Below, in pieces: positions 38,626-47,561 of a stretch of 47,561 nucleotides of DNA. Within the stretch, counting starts at the first letter, position 1. Every line of letters begins with the position of its first letter. Below the pieces are notes generated by a model that was given only the letters and a program-made list of their open reading frames with translations, had not been told where the DNA came from and searched no databases. Origin of the DNA: a virus. A program made the position numbers and the translations under genes. Location of the stretch: UHGV virus genome UHGV-0018584. The stretch is one strand, 5' to 3'.

Positions 38626-38992
38626 TTGTGTGACCTACCAAAAGGGCGTGCCTGTAACCTTTTGTAACGGACTGTAACAGCATTGCAAGCTGACCGGGTT
38701 GATACTTCAAATCATCCGCAATACTATGGAGCTTTCGTCCTTTGTAATACTTAGCCTCTATAAAGAGGTACGCTTCACTGTTGTACAGTAGAATATCCGG
38801 CGTTCCGTTTTGCAGCTTGTTTTCAATTCGCAGATATTCAAAGCCCGCCCTTGTATACCTGTCCTTTACCAAATGGTAAATAGACTGCTCGCCTTTGCTG
38901 AATCGGAAGCCAGCTACAACTTCACAAAATAGCCAGCTTCCGAACAGCGGATAACGGCTAGCGAATACGCTAGAACACGTCAATCGTGTCAC
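38552..38992 (-). CDS. VRR-NUC domain nuclease
   Basis: GTPDILLY ... LFIEAKY ... KLHSIADDLKYQPGQLAMLLQ matches the VRR-NUC PD-ExK-Q pattern. Near the SNF2 helicase, a common pairing. Confidence 0.5.
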   Translation of the reverse strand: MTRLTCSSVFASRYPLFGSWLFCEVVAGFRFSKGEQSIYHLVKDRYTRAGFEYLRIENKLQNGTPDILLYNSEAYLFIEAKYYKGRKLHSIADDLKYQPGQLAMLLQSVTKGYRHALLVGHTSGELAILSGRKTDAENIANVVGRL

Positions 38993-39743
38993 TGTGAGCC
39001 TCGATAGCTTCCGTCACCACGCCGGCAAGGCTGTTGGTAAAGTCCACCTTTGAAGCATCCGGCAAGCCTTGCCTTTCAGCGCTCACAAGCTGGTACTGCG
39101 CTTTTGTCACAAAGCCCGCGAATTCCACGTGAAATCCCGACCAGTCACCTTTGTCATTGGACATGGGCGGCGTTGTGATAGTCCAACGCTGATGATAGGG
39201 AAGGGCGCGTGTTGAAGTACCCGGAATTATTGTAGAAAGCATGAGCCTGTTCCATCGGCGCGCCTCTTTAAGCTGCGAGCTAGTGAGACAGAGGAGACAT
39301 ACGCCATCTTCTGGATAGTCGGGAAAGACTATGTAGTAAGTGAACGTGTCAACGAACTCCGACAAGGTGTCCTCCCTGAAAAGCTTTCCGTTATCGGCTT
39401 TCGAAATGCTGCCTTTTGCAAGCATATCCGCTACAGCTTCTGGCGAATGCGTTGCGACAAAACCTCCTCTATCTTTTTTCCACTCTACAAAGCTTCTGTC
39501 AAATCGGCCAACAATAACGTCGACAGGAGGCTGGATGAGTCTGTTGTTTACACTATTATACAACATCCCTTCTGTAGCGCCCTCTATGTACTCAGGACGC
39601 GATTTTTTGCATTGCGGGCTGATGCTCTGCAAAACACGGATGAAAGGAAAACTGATAACGTCCGTGTTAAGCTGCTCAAATCCGCCCATGCCGTCATTGG
39701 CAAGGTAGTCAAACGCTTTTTCGGTGCTGGTGTTGTCGCTCAT
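38970..39743 (-). CDS. Putative gp2.5-like ssDNA-binding / annealing protein
   Basis: 257 aa with an acidic C-terminal tail ending in Phe (EAIEAHSDTIDVF). It sits in the replication module next to the nucleases. Confidence 0.3.
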   Translation of the reverse strand: MSDNTSTEKAFDYLANDGMGGFEQLNTDVISFPFIRVLQSISPQCKKSRPEYIEGATEGMLYNSVNNRLIQPPVDVIVGRFDRSFVEWKKDRGGFVATHSPEAVADMLAKGSISKADNGKLFREDTLSEFVDTFTYYIVFPDYPEDGVCLLCLTSSQLKEARRWNRLMLSTIIPGTSTRALPYHQRWTITTPPMSNDKGDWSGFHVEFAGFVTKAQYQLVSAERQGLPDASKVDFTNSLAGVVTEAIEAHSDTIDVF

Positions 39744-39755
39744 CGTATATCTCCT

Positions 39756-40202
39756 TTAGAATTCTTTGTTTGCAAGGTTATGGGCGGCTTGGCCGATACG
39801 GGAGAGTACTTTCAAGTCGGCCCTGATAGCGCCTTCCCCTATGCTCTTCAATGTACGCGGCCCTGCAAAAGACGGCCGGCACTCTGTAGCAATCGTCATC
39901 TTGAGTAGCTCCGACATCTGCTCCCAGCGCTCTTCTGTGTAGGCGCGGGTTTCAGCGCAGTTGCGCTCTTCCTCAAGCATACGGCGGCGATGCTCGTACT
40001 CCGCTTCAATAGCGGCTTTCCTGATAGCCGCCTCCTTTTGCATGACTTCCATGGCGCGCTGCTCTGGTGTCTTCAAGACATACTCTTCAAAAGAGCTTGT
40101 CAGGAGCGCCAGTCCGACGATCGCCAGCGCTATCTTCTTTTTCGTCCACTTCTTTGTCACCTTTTCCACTTTGACGCCTTCAATCTGTCGCTGCTTTTCC
40201 AT
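39756..40202 (-). CDS. Membrane-anchored hypothetical protein
   Basis: N-terminal TM segment IALAIVGLALL followed by a charged helical region. Confidence 0.4.
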   Translation of the reverse strand: MEKQRQIEGVKVEKVTKKWTKKKIALAIVGLALLTSSFEEYVLKTPEQRAMEVMQKEAAIRKAAIEAEYEHRRRMLEEERNCAETRAYTEERWEQMSELLKMTIATECRPSFAGPRTLKSIGEGAIRADLKVLSRIGQAAHNLANKEF

Positions 40203-40217
40203 GCCGATACCCTCTTG

Positions 40218-40775
40218 TTATTTTATATTGGTTTTGTTGTACACAAAGACTTTTACAGACTTGGGCAAGTCGCCTATAGGCATCCCGTCTACGCCGTCAT
40301 CCGCAAGCCCGCAAAGCTCTTTGATGTACTTTTTGAGCGTCTGCGGATGGATGACGCGCTTTGTATCGGGCAGGATGCCGTAGTCTGCATATATCTTTTG
40401 CTGTATCTCTTTAGTTACATGCGTGGGAAGCTTGCCAAAGTCAAAGCTTGTCTTTACAATGGCGTCGTCGCCTCTTGCTTCAAGAAAGTGTACAAAGTCA
40501 TCGATGTCCTTTACAGTGGCGGATACTTCCGTCTTTACAGTGACCTTCGAGCCATCCAGCAAGCGTAGCTCGGATAAGCCACTCTTATGCAAGAGTTCCG
40601 GTATATCCTCTTGCGATATTTTGTTGAAGGTGGCTTTGGCTTTTTCCAGCGCTGCTTCCAGCTCCCCTATCTGCTCCTTAGCCGTCTTCCATGCAGCGCA
40701 AAGGCCTTCAAGCCTCTTCAAATCGCCGCCTTCGGCTTTTGGCGTATCCTGCATAAGGTAGTCATACTCTGACAT
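40218..40775 (-). CDS. Hypothetical protein
   Basis: 185-aa ORF with an RBS in the early operon. Confidence 0.4.
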   Translation of the reverse strand: MSEYDYLMQDTPKAEGGDLKRLEGLCAAWKTAKEQIGELEAALEKAKATFNKISQEDIPELLHKSGLSELRLLDGSKVTVKTEVSATVKDIDDFVHFLEARGDDAIVKTSFDFGKLPTHVTKEIQQKIYADYGILPDTKRVIHPQTLKKYIKELCGLADDGVDGMPIGDLPKSVKVFVYNKTNIK

Positions 40776-40809
40776 GTGTCCCTCTCTTTGTCAAGACGTT
40801 TTGTCTCTT

Positions 40810-42387
40810 TTATACGGAAAGGATTTCCTCTACCGTGTTCCTTGTGAAAAAGTCGTTCATATCGCGTCCCTCTTTATTGGACGCCAGCACGTTCTTTTCG
40901 CAAGCGCAATCGTACACAAGGTCAATGTACACAGGGTTTCTTTTAGTGCCTATCCTATGTGTGCGCCCCTCGCTTTGTATACGCGCTTCCGTCATATACG
41001 AACGACTATACCATACCTGATAATCCGCGTTCTGTAAGTTGAGGCCGTATCCTGCGACGACAGGATTACACACAAGACACTGTATCTTCCCCGACTTAAA
41101 GTCCTCTACAATCGTCTCCCTGTCCGACTTCTTTGTGCTACCGTAAACGGCGGCCGTTGTCAACTCTTTTGACAAAACTTTTTCCAGCAGCCGGATCTCC
41201 TCAACGAAAACCGCGAACACGAGAATCTGCGAATCGCCAAACTCAGGCAAAGCTTGCAAAAGCCATTCCAGCTTGGCATTTTTACATTCTAGCATGACCG
41301 GCTCACTCTTGTCAAGAGGAATGACGAAGCCTCCACATATCTGCAAAGCTTTCATAAGCACCGCCGCCTTGTCTTTGACAGACAGTATCGTATCCTTGTA
41401 TTGGGCCACCGCATACTTTTTAAGCTGATACAGCAAGTCTTCCTGCTCCCTCTCAAGCGGGAAGGTCAGGGTCTTGTATATCTTGTCTGGTAGCTGGATG
41501 TCGTCCTTTGCATCTATAAAGGACAAGACGCCGGCCAAGGCGCTTTTCAGCTTATCGATATTCTTGTATCGACAAAAGCGTGCGTTTTCGTATATGTGAC
41601 GAGCGTCGCTTTCCGATACCTTGCACAGCTTTGCTATAGACGCAAAGTCAGCTACAGTAGGCGCCCTTCCCTGCAAAAGCCTCTCGAAACGCGCTTTTAC
41701 AAAGTCCCATTGCTTAACCGTTATCGGTTGTCTGACCGTCACATGCTTGCCGTTTATCTGATACTGCGACGTCTGTAGAACGGTGTGCGCTTGCTCAAAG
41801 GCCGTATATGTACAAGGGATTATAGACTTGTCCATAAAGTTGCACATGGCCCATATGTCACTGGGACGCTTTGCAAGCGCCGTGCCAGTAAGTATCATGG
41901 AAGGGCCGCCTACGGCCCTATGCAGTGAGGTAAGCGCCTTTGTCCTTTTACTCTTTGGAGACTTTATCCTGCTTGCCTCGTCAAGTATAAAGAGCGTCCG
42001 GTCTTTTACGCAAAAGCGCTCAGCTACCGCGAGTCCTTTATCCGTCGAAAAGGCGTCATAGTGCATCGCAAGGAAAACGAGCTTCCTTTCTTTACTTGTC
42101 AGGAAGTCGTCAAGCTGCTGCTTGTACGACTTAGCCGTAGTCGTCTTGTATACAAACGCTCGATATAGCACGTAACAGTGCAATGGTAGTTGCTCAGTAA
42201 CCCATTGCGAGTGCACGTAATTCGGAGCTACAATGAGCACGCGGTCTACAATATTTCTATTGTATTTATATACAGCTATGTCTATAGCCGTCTTTGTCTT
42301 ACCGCGCCCCATTGTCCACATAAGGCCACAGTGTGGAAGCGCCTTTAGTCGCTCAAAGGCCGCTTCCTGATGCGGTAGCATCTTCAT
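40810..42387 (-). CDS. SNF2-family (SF2) helicase
   Basis: GRGKTKTA motif I, LDEASRIK motif II, and LTGTAL motif III. The C-terminal helicase domain has QSEGRTHRIG. Confidence 0.8.
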   Translation of the reverse strand: MKMLPHQEAAFERLKALPHCGLMWTMGRGKTKTAIDIAVYKYNRNIVDRVLIVAPNYVHSQWVTEQLPLHCYVLYRAFVYKTTTAKSYKQQLDDFLTSKERKLVFLAMHYDAFSTDKGLAVAERFCVKDRTLFILDEASRIKSPKSKRTKALTSLHRAVGGPSMILTGTALAKRPSDIWAMCNFMDKSIIPCTYTAFEQAHTVLQTSQYQINGKHVTVRQPITVKQWDFVKARFERLLQGRAPTVADFASIAKLCKVSESDARHIYENARFCRYKNIDKLKSALAGVLSFIDAKDDIQLPDKIYKTLTFPLEREQEDLLYQLKKYAVAQYKDTILSVKDKAAVLMKALQICGGFVIPLDKSEPVMLECKNAKLEWLLQALPEFGDSQILVFAVFVEEIRLLEKVLSKELTTAAVYGSTKKSDRETIVEDFKSGKIQCLVCNPVVAGYGLNLQNADYQVWYSRSYMTEARIQSEGRTHRIGTKRNPVYIDLVYDCACEKNVLASNKEGRDMNDFFTRNTVEEILSV

Positions 42388-42388
42388 A

Positions 42389-42760
42389 CTACGCCTCCTC
42401 CCACGTCTTCAAGCGCTTTTGCATATACGCGTGCACATAACTTTCCGGAACAAACGGCCGCCCCGCAACACGCACACAATCCTTGTACTCGTCTTTCTTT
42501 AACATTCGACTGATAACGGATGGCCAAGTATTTGCTATCCTTGCGAATTGCGTTACCGTATAGTACGGCGCCCCATTGATTACAGTAGGCGCATTCCTCC
42601 CTACAGGCTTCATAGCGCGCTCCGTCAGCTCTTGCATCGTCAACGGCCCTTCAGTCTTTGGCTCGGCGGGCTCCGGTTCCGCGCTCACCTCAACCAGCTT
42701 GTCCGCCGCATCAAAAACCCCTTCCTCAAGTACATCACGGGAGGCGAAAATTGCATCCAT
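42389..42760 (-). CDS. Hypothetical protein
   Basis: 123-aa ORF coupled to the SNF2 gene. Confidence 0.4.
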   Translation of the reverse strand: MDAIFASRDVLEEGVFDAADKLVEVSAEPEPAEPKTEGPLTMQELTERAMKPVGRNAPTVINGAPYYTVTQFARIANTWPSVISRMLKKDEYKDCVRVAGRPFVPESYVHAYMQKRLKTWEEA

Positions 42761-42907
42761 CCTACAGTCCTTTTACAGTTGAGTTACAGTGCCGTTGTTA
42801 CAGTGCCGTTGCTACCAGAACCTTGGGTTCGTCGCAAAGTACAGTGCTAGCACCAGCACAGGGACAAAGTATACCAGTACGCCCAGTGTCCAGTCAAACG
42901 TCATGAC

Positions 42908-44128
42908 CTAGAAAACCTGCGAATCGATAAAATCGGCATCAATGATGCAATCATCCGGCCCCTTGTCAACGCGAAAACCGATATTCCAATCAACTTTTGC
43001 GTGATTGATACGTCGATTGCGCGATGAGATGTCCTGACCATCCACGGTCACGACTTGTCCGACGTACTCTTCCCTCAAGTTTCCCTCATTATCGGAAATC
43101 CTATCTCGGATGGCGTCCGGCATTGAGGAGACAGTTGCAAGCCAGTGTTCCGTTAGGCTCCCGTCGCACTCTTTGAGGTAGCAGTGCAACTCAAGCGCTC
43201 CGACTTTATGTCTTTTTGCGTATTCGTCCGTCGCAATACCGCCAGCAATCCAACAGTCTATGTCGCTGGCGTTGCTTTGTACAACGGAGCGCTTGCACTT
43301 GACAACGCTTTTTGAACGGTAACCGTTAACGCTTGGCACATAAACGCCTTGCGTATGTTTGAAAACGACGCCTTCCCCGCCTTTATCCAATATCCTATTA
43401 TACAGTTTTCGCTTATCGAAATAGTGAAATGGCGTTTTCACTAGTCCAGCGTTTGGGTGTTGCTTTGTGAAAAGCTCCAGTTGTGTCCGTCGGTTTATAT
43501 ACTTCTCTTGCAATAAGGGCTTGTCATCCCTGAACAAAATGCAATCAAACGCGTTGAACTGCAATCTGCAATCGATTTGCCTATTTATTGCATGCGAGCT
43601 ATCCGACATCGAAATAATTGCCGTTACAGCCTGCCGTCCGCTTGCATACGTACCATCCGGTAGCTCTGTATAGCCGTCCGTGGTCAGCTCGCAGTCCAGC
43701 ATGCAACAATACTGGGCTTTAAACTCCCTTAACGGTTTTCCGTTAAGCAAGAGGTTGTTAGTGTATTCGATAGGCAGACAGTCTTTCTTGCTACGGTTCC
43801 GCCCAAAAGCGCTCGCGCCTTCAGTAGGATGGAAGAAAAGCATAATACGAACGCCGTCATGCTTTTCTTCGGCTACCCATTGGGTATCATCTTCCCAAAT
43901 CTCCTCTTGCAGGGTGTTGTTAAGGTCTTGGTAGCGCATGGCCAACATAGGATAACCGATATTCAGCCGCTGGCGCATCCCCCAAGAGGGTGTCTCTTGC
44001 GAGTGCACGTAACGCGCAATCGCTTGTTCAATATCAGAATTCAGTATCTTACCGTTGCTTCCGCTCCCTGTCGTGGGGAGCGGAGCGCCAAGCTTTTTGG
44101 CAAGTTTGGCAAGTTCCTCGAATTTCAT
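42908..44128 (-). CDS. ATP-dependent DNA ligase
   Basis: Motif I is KHDGVR, motif III is LDCELT, motif IV is EGVVFK, and motif V is VVKCK. The start is taken at MKFEEL. Confidence 0.75.
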   Translation of the reverse strand: MKFEELAKLAKKLGAPLPTTGSGSNGKILNSDIEQAIARYVHSQETPSWGMRQRLNIGYPMLAMRYQDLNNTLQEEIWEDDTQWVAEEKHDGVRIMLFFHPTEGASAFGRNRSKKDCLPIEYTNNLLLNGKPLREFKAQYCCMLDCELTTDGYTELPDGTYASGRQAVTAIISMSDSSHAINRQIDCRLQFNAFDCILFRDDKPLLQEKYINRRTQLELFTKQHPNAGLVKTPFHYFDKRKLYNRILDKGGEGVVFKHTQGVYVPSVNGYRSKSVVKCKRSVVQSNASDIDCWIAGGIATDEYAKRHKVGALELHCYLKECDGSLTEHWLATVSSMPDAIRDRISDNEGNLREEYVGQVVTVDGQDISSRNRRINHAKVDWNIGFRVDKGPDDCIIDADFIDSQVF

Positions 44129-44156
44129 GGCGGCCCTCTCTAGGTTATCGGTTTTC

Positions 44157-45155
44157 CTATGCAATGCGGAACGAAACATTTTCCGCGTCCGCTTGCGTAC
44201 CCCATCCCACAGGGCGCTGGACTTCAAAGACGTCATGGCGGGGATTGTACGCATGCTTTATAGTCCTACGCTTTGCTTCTCCTTTCCCTTCAAGATGCGG
44301 CGCGGCGTCTCTACAGTACTTATCGAACTCGCATAAGCAATTCTGTATGTCATTTGCTTTAAGGTAGCAGCCGTCAAAGGTCACGCCAGCGAACGGTCTA
44401 CCAGTTTCCTGATAAAGGTTCGACAGTTGAATGCAGAGTGCTTCAACGGCTTTTTTGGAAATTTTTCCGCCGGTCAGCTTGCTTGCACCACGCTGTGCTC
44501 CTGGTCCCGCGACGCAAAAGTCTCTAAGGTGCTGGAAGTCGACTCTTACATAACTGTAATCCAACGCAAACTGGTACGCAAGGAAACCTCCAAAGCCCGG
44601 AAGCGTCCGCAAAAGCTCAAAGCGCGGCGCAACTTCAAAGGAAAAGAGCAGTGTATCCAACGCTTCGGGCTTCCGCAGGATGTAGTTCTCCAGTCCAGTG
44701 AGGTAAAAGGCGTTCCGCGTCACGCCTTCACAGCTACCCATAATATAGGCCGTTGTATAAAGTCGCTCGCCCCTATCGAACATCTGATGGTCGGCCCACT
44801 TTATCAGTTTTTTTATCTTCACATGAGGGACATCCTTAAAGTCATCAGGAATGCGCTCCCATGTATCAATCCTTCCAAAAAGGCGGAAGATATAGATAAT
44901 CGCTGCAAGGCGGCGCTTTTCCTCAAGTGTCTTCGGAAAACCGTTATGCGCGACGTCCGCATTGATAAGGTTTATCAGATACTGGCTCACGCGGTCACAA
45001 TGTCGAAAAACATTGGTAAACTTATAACGGTCAAGCGTTGCGTCCTCTTTCACGATAGCAGGGCTTGCGTAGCCATGCTTGCACAGGAAGCGTGCGAAGC
45101 GCTTTTGTACAAAGTCTTCAAAGAGGCCGAAGTTCTGGGCGCTGTTGGTGTCCAT
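44157..45155 (-). CDS. Hypothetical protein with an HhH-like LRTLPGFGG motif
   Basis: 332 aa. LxxLPGxGG resembles the helix-hairpin-helix signature of HhH DNA glycosylases. No catalytic residues were confirmed. Confidence 0.35.
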   Translation of the reverse strand: MDTNSAQNFGLFEDFVQKRFARFLCKHGYASPAIVKEDATLDRYKFTNVFRHCDRVSQYLINLINADVAHNGFPKTLEEKRRLAAIIYIFRLFGRIDTWERIPDDFKDVPHVKIKKLIKWADHQMFDRGERLYTTAYIMGSCEGVTRNAFYLTGLENYILRKPEALDTLLFSFEVAPRFELLRTLPGFGGFLAYQFALDYSYVRVDFQHLRDFCVAGPGAQRGASKLTGGKISKKAVEALCIQLSNLYQETGRPFAGVTFDGCYLKANDIQNCLCEFDKYCRDAAPHLEGKGEAKRRTIKHAYNPRHDVFEVQRPVGWGTQADAENVSFRIA

Positions 45156-45182
45156 TGCGTTCCTTTACAGTGGGAGGGTTGA

Positions 45183-45437
45183 TTAACAAGCGGCGGCCTT
45201 CAGGGCGCGGAACGCGGCCCATACCATCTTGAGGCACTCAGAAAAAAGGATTTCAGAGGGCTTGCAGCCAAGCAACTGGGCCGCATGGCGGCGAAGGTTA
45301 TGCGCATGCTGCATAACGGCCTTGGGCGCGCTCATCCTTCCATAGAGGTAAGAAATACGCTTCGCGTACTCTTCCACAGAAAGCTTGCTGAGGTTTTCCT
45401 TGAAAGTGGCGATGGATTTCTTGATAGCTCTCATCAT
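45183..45437 (-). CDS. Hypothetical small early protein
   Basis: 84 aa, driven by the conserved promoter cassette at 45486-45523. Confidence 0.45.
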   Translation of the reverse strand: MMRAIKKSIATFKENLSKLSVEEYAKRISYLYGRMSAPKAVMQHAHNLRRHAAQLLGCKPSEILFSECLKMVWAAFRALKAAAC

Positions 45438-45485
45438 GGCGGGTTCTCCTGTTTGTGGGGTTTCATTCCCCGTTTCGTTAAGTAC

Positions 45486-45523
45486 AATCTACCCAAAAAC
45501 GGGATGCTTGTCAACACTTTTAT
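45486..45523 (-). promoter_or_regulatory. Conserved promoter cassette TAAAAGTGTTGACAAGC-N-TAGATT-TGTACTT
   Basis: Minus strand. TTGACA and a 16-nt spacer precede TAGATT. Confidence 0.55.
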
Positions 45524-45548
45524 CAAAAGGTTTTCCTTTTTCTTTGGG

Positions 45549-46046
45549 TTACAGAGGGTTGTTTTGACTGACAGTGAGTTCCGCCCACAAAAAGTACACA
45601 CGCTCAGTGTAGCCGACTAGCGCCTTTTCCGGCGGGATGCTGGTCAGCAGGTCTCTTTCAAGGGGCCTCTTGCGCTCCACATACATATGGAGAAGCGCGG
45701 CGGACGTCTTGAGATGCTCCATCTCCACAATTGCTGTATCAGGCAGGATACAGAGGTCGGCAAAAATTCGTTGGCGCAAAAGGGCAACCGCGTCGTCCGG
45801 TATACCGTCGGCAGGGAAGCCCGCCCCCACAATGAGGGCGTAGGGCGCTTCCCACAGCAGCGCGGCCAGTATGTTATCCAGCGAGCTAAAGCGCCCCGCT
45901 ACAAGCACAGCCTTTTCCGCCTTCGACATGTATATAGAACCGGCCCCTGAGAACTCGTCTGTATGTGCAAGTACAAGAGCCGCGTCCACAGCCTTTTCAA
46001 CGTCGAACTCCGGGCAGATCTCTTTCAACGCGTTTTTCGTCAACAT
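45549..46046 (-). CDS. Hypothetical protein
   Basis: 165 aa with an AGGAGG RBS and a TTGACA promoter at 46066-46094. Confidence 0.45.
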   Translation of the reverse strand: MLTKNALKEICPEFDVEKAVDAALVLAHTDEFSGAGSIYMSKAEKAVLVAGRFSSLDNILAALLWEAPYALIVGAGFPADGIPDDAVALLRQRIFADLCILPDTAIVEMEHLKTSAALLHMYVERKRPLERDLLTSIPPEKALVGYTERVYFLWAELTVSQNNPL

Positions 46047-46065
46047 GTACAGCCTCCTTAAAAGG

Positions 46066-46094
46066 ACAATTGCCGATTCCTTCCGGTTTTGTCA
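46066..46094 (-). promoter_or_regulatory. Sigma70-type promoter TTGACA-N17-AATTGT
   Basis: Minus strand. Followed by TTTAAGGAGG and an ATG. Confidence 0.4.
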
Positions 46095-46747
46095 AGAAAT
46101 TTCTTCACTTTTTCGGCGAAAAGTTTTCCAAAATGCCGTTACAATGAAATTTCGCGCTAGGCGGCCTTCTGACGCATTTTAGGGGCCGCGTGGGTGTTTG
46201 TTCGTATTTTTCATTTTCACGCCTCAGAATCGAAATTTGAAGCGTTTTCTGGCGAGCACTGCTGCTCCAAAAGGTCTACAATGAGCTCCTCCACTAGCTC
46301 CACCCATGTAGCCAGCTCGATACGGGCTTGGGGCGCGTGGTCTACTAGCGCAATGCGTCGGAGCGCGCCCCGCACGTCCAGCAGCTGTAGCACGGCCATA
46401 GGCTCATACCGCCATACAGCGGGACAGCTTGGCGGCGGACAATGGGCGCCGTAGCAGCTCCGGGCTTGGCAAAGAGGGCTTGGCAAGGGAGCGGCGTGTT
46501 CAGGGAGGGGGCGCGAAGCGGTGAAGGGCTTTTCAGCAAGCCGCTCCCTTGCCCGCCACACAATAGCGTCTACGCGTGGTGATACGCGCATGGGAGTACG
46601 CCCCTGCTTGGGGGAGCGTTTCCCCGTTTTTGGGCCAGAAATGGGCGTATGAGCCTCGAAACGAGATTTTGTGGACGATGACACAGGTCTACTCCTTTCG
46701 TTCGTTACGTGGGCCGTGGGCGCGTTTTCAGGGTTGTGGATATAGGC

Positions 46748-47494
46748 TTAGTCGGCGTCGCTCGCGGGTACAGTGGATGGCCGCGTAGCGGTGAAGGGCT
46801 TGGCAAAAGTCCTTTCAGATAGCGGCTCCGTCCGTAGGTATATAGTCACAGGCTCCACTTCCGCGATAGAGTCAATGTGGCGGTTCTGTCTATCCCGGCA
46901 TAAGGCGAATATATACTCCTCATACAGCGCGTTTTCTATAAGTTCCGCATGCTCCATCGTCTTTGTGTGGATATGCAGATAAGCAGACGCTGTCAAAGTG
47001 CCGTCAAAGTCGGCGTAGCCAAAGGATAGCTTCGCTGGCACATAAGACGCTACAGTTGTAAGCGCTTTTGCAAGATAAAGCTGTTCAATAGGCTCGTAAG
47101 GCTCTGACAATGGCACAGTGAGTACGCGGTTCGTCTTTCTCGTTATATCGAGGTCTGGATTGTAGTTCCTTATATAGTCAGTCTGTGGTGACAGCGTTTG
47201 CATGTCGGTTTCAGTGATTTTGTTTACAATGTTGTCGATTTTGTCAAAAGGCAGGATACGCAGCTTTTTGCTTGCGCTTGTAGGTATAAGCGTCTTCAAG
47301 TAGCTTTTCAGCGTCTTCAGTGTATCTCCCTGCTGTCTTTGACGGAAATATGCCTGCTCGCACGCTTTGCAACGAAACTGCTTTGGAGCTTGTATATAAT
47401 GCTCGTAGTCAGTTATGTTGCGCGTGGAATTCCCACACAAAGACATACAGCCATCTTTTTTCAAGATGTGGAGTTTGTTCTGGTTTTTGGACAT
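46748..47494 (-). CDS. Hypothetical early protein with an N-terminal zinc-finger-like CxxC...CxxC
   Basis: 248 aa. First gene of the leftward block, adjacent to the terminal heptamer repeat. Confidence 0.45.
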   Translation of the reverse strand: MSKNQNKLHILKKDGCMSLCGNSTRNITDYEHYIQAPKQFRCKACEQAYFRQRQQGDTLKTLKSYLKTLIPTSASKKLRILPFDKIDNIVNKITETDMQTLSPQTDYIRNYNPDLDITRKTNRVLTVPLSEPYEPIEQLYLAKALTTVASYVPAKLSFGYADFDGTLTASAYLHIHTKTMEHAELIENALYEEYIFALCRDRQNRHIDSIAEVEPVTIYLRTEPLSERTFAKPFTATRPSTVPASDAD

Positions 47495-47506
47495 GTGTGT
47501 TCCTTT

Positions 47507-47561
47507 TTGTTGATTGTTGATTGTTGATTGTTGATTGTTGATTGTTGATTGTTGATTGTTG
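47507..47561. repeat. Tandem heptamer (ATTGTTG), about 8 copies, at the right terminus
   Basis: Read directly. Same unit as 1-77. Confidence 0.95.

Noticed and set aside
46217-46684. 155-aa ORF 46217..46684 (-) as a complete gene
   Set aside because: The N-terminal two-thirds is Pro/Arg/Ser-rich and spans the GC-rich repeat patch. Only the C-terminal third (from MAVLQLL) looks protein-like, so no confident CDS was called.
1-47561. Integrated prophage with att sites
   Set aside because: No integrase, excisionase or repressor was found. The terminal similarity is confined to a microsatellite rather than att-like direct repeats flanking host genes.

Overview
The window looks like a complete virulent tailed-phage genome of about 47.4 kb; no integrase or repressor was seen. 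It is bounded on both ends by the same ATTGTTG heptamer tandem repeat, which suggests a circular or terminally redundant contig cut inside a microsatellite. Layout: (i) A roughly 1.4 kb non-coding left arm with many TTGACA boxes, phased A-tracts and short tandem repeats. (ii) A rightward late block from 2.3 to 31.2 kb. It holds an HTH protein that may be the terminase small subunit. It also holds a lysis cassette with an M15 endolysin, an i-spanin with an embedded lipoprotein o-spanin, and a holin-like protein; the lipoprotein o-spanin points to a diderm host. Further on are the terminase large subunit, a 2 kb insert of three leftward paralogous small genes that each have their own promoter, and a collagen-like fibre gene sitting between terminase and portal. 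The block ends with Mu-like head genes (portal, MuF, scaffold-like, capsid) and a P2/Mu-like contractile tail (sheath, tube, chaperone with a -1 frameshift site, tape measure, hub, spike, W/gp25-like, J, I-like, fibre). (iii) A leftward early/replication block from 47.5 down to 31.3 kb. It encodes a family A DNA polymerase, a primase-polymerase, SF1 and SNF2 helicases, an ATP-dependent ligase, a VRR-NUC nuclease, a PD-(D/E)xK nuclease and a gp2.5-like SSB candidate. The most notable gene is a thymidylate-synthase-family enzyme carrying the Asn-to-Asp switch typical of cytosine-specific homologs, fused to a zinc deaminase domain. This is a candidate genome base-modification module; its chemistry is unverified. 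All family assignments rest on motifs read by eye, with no database searches.
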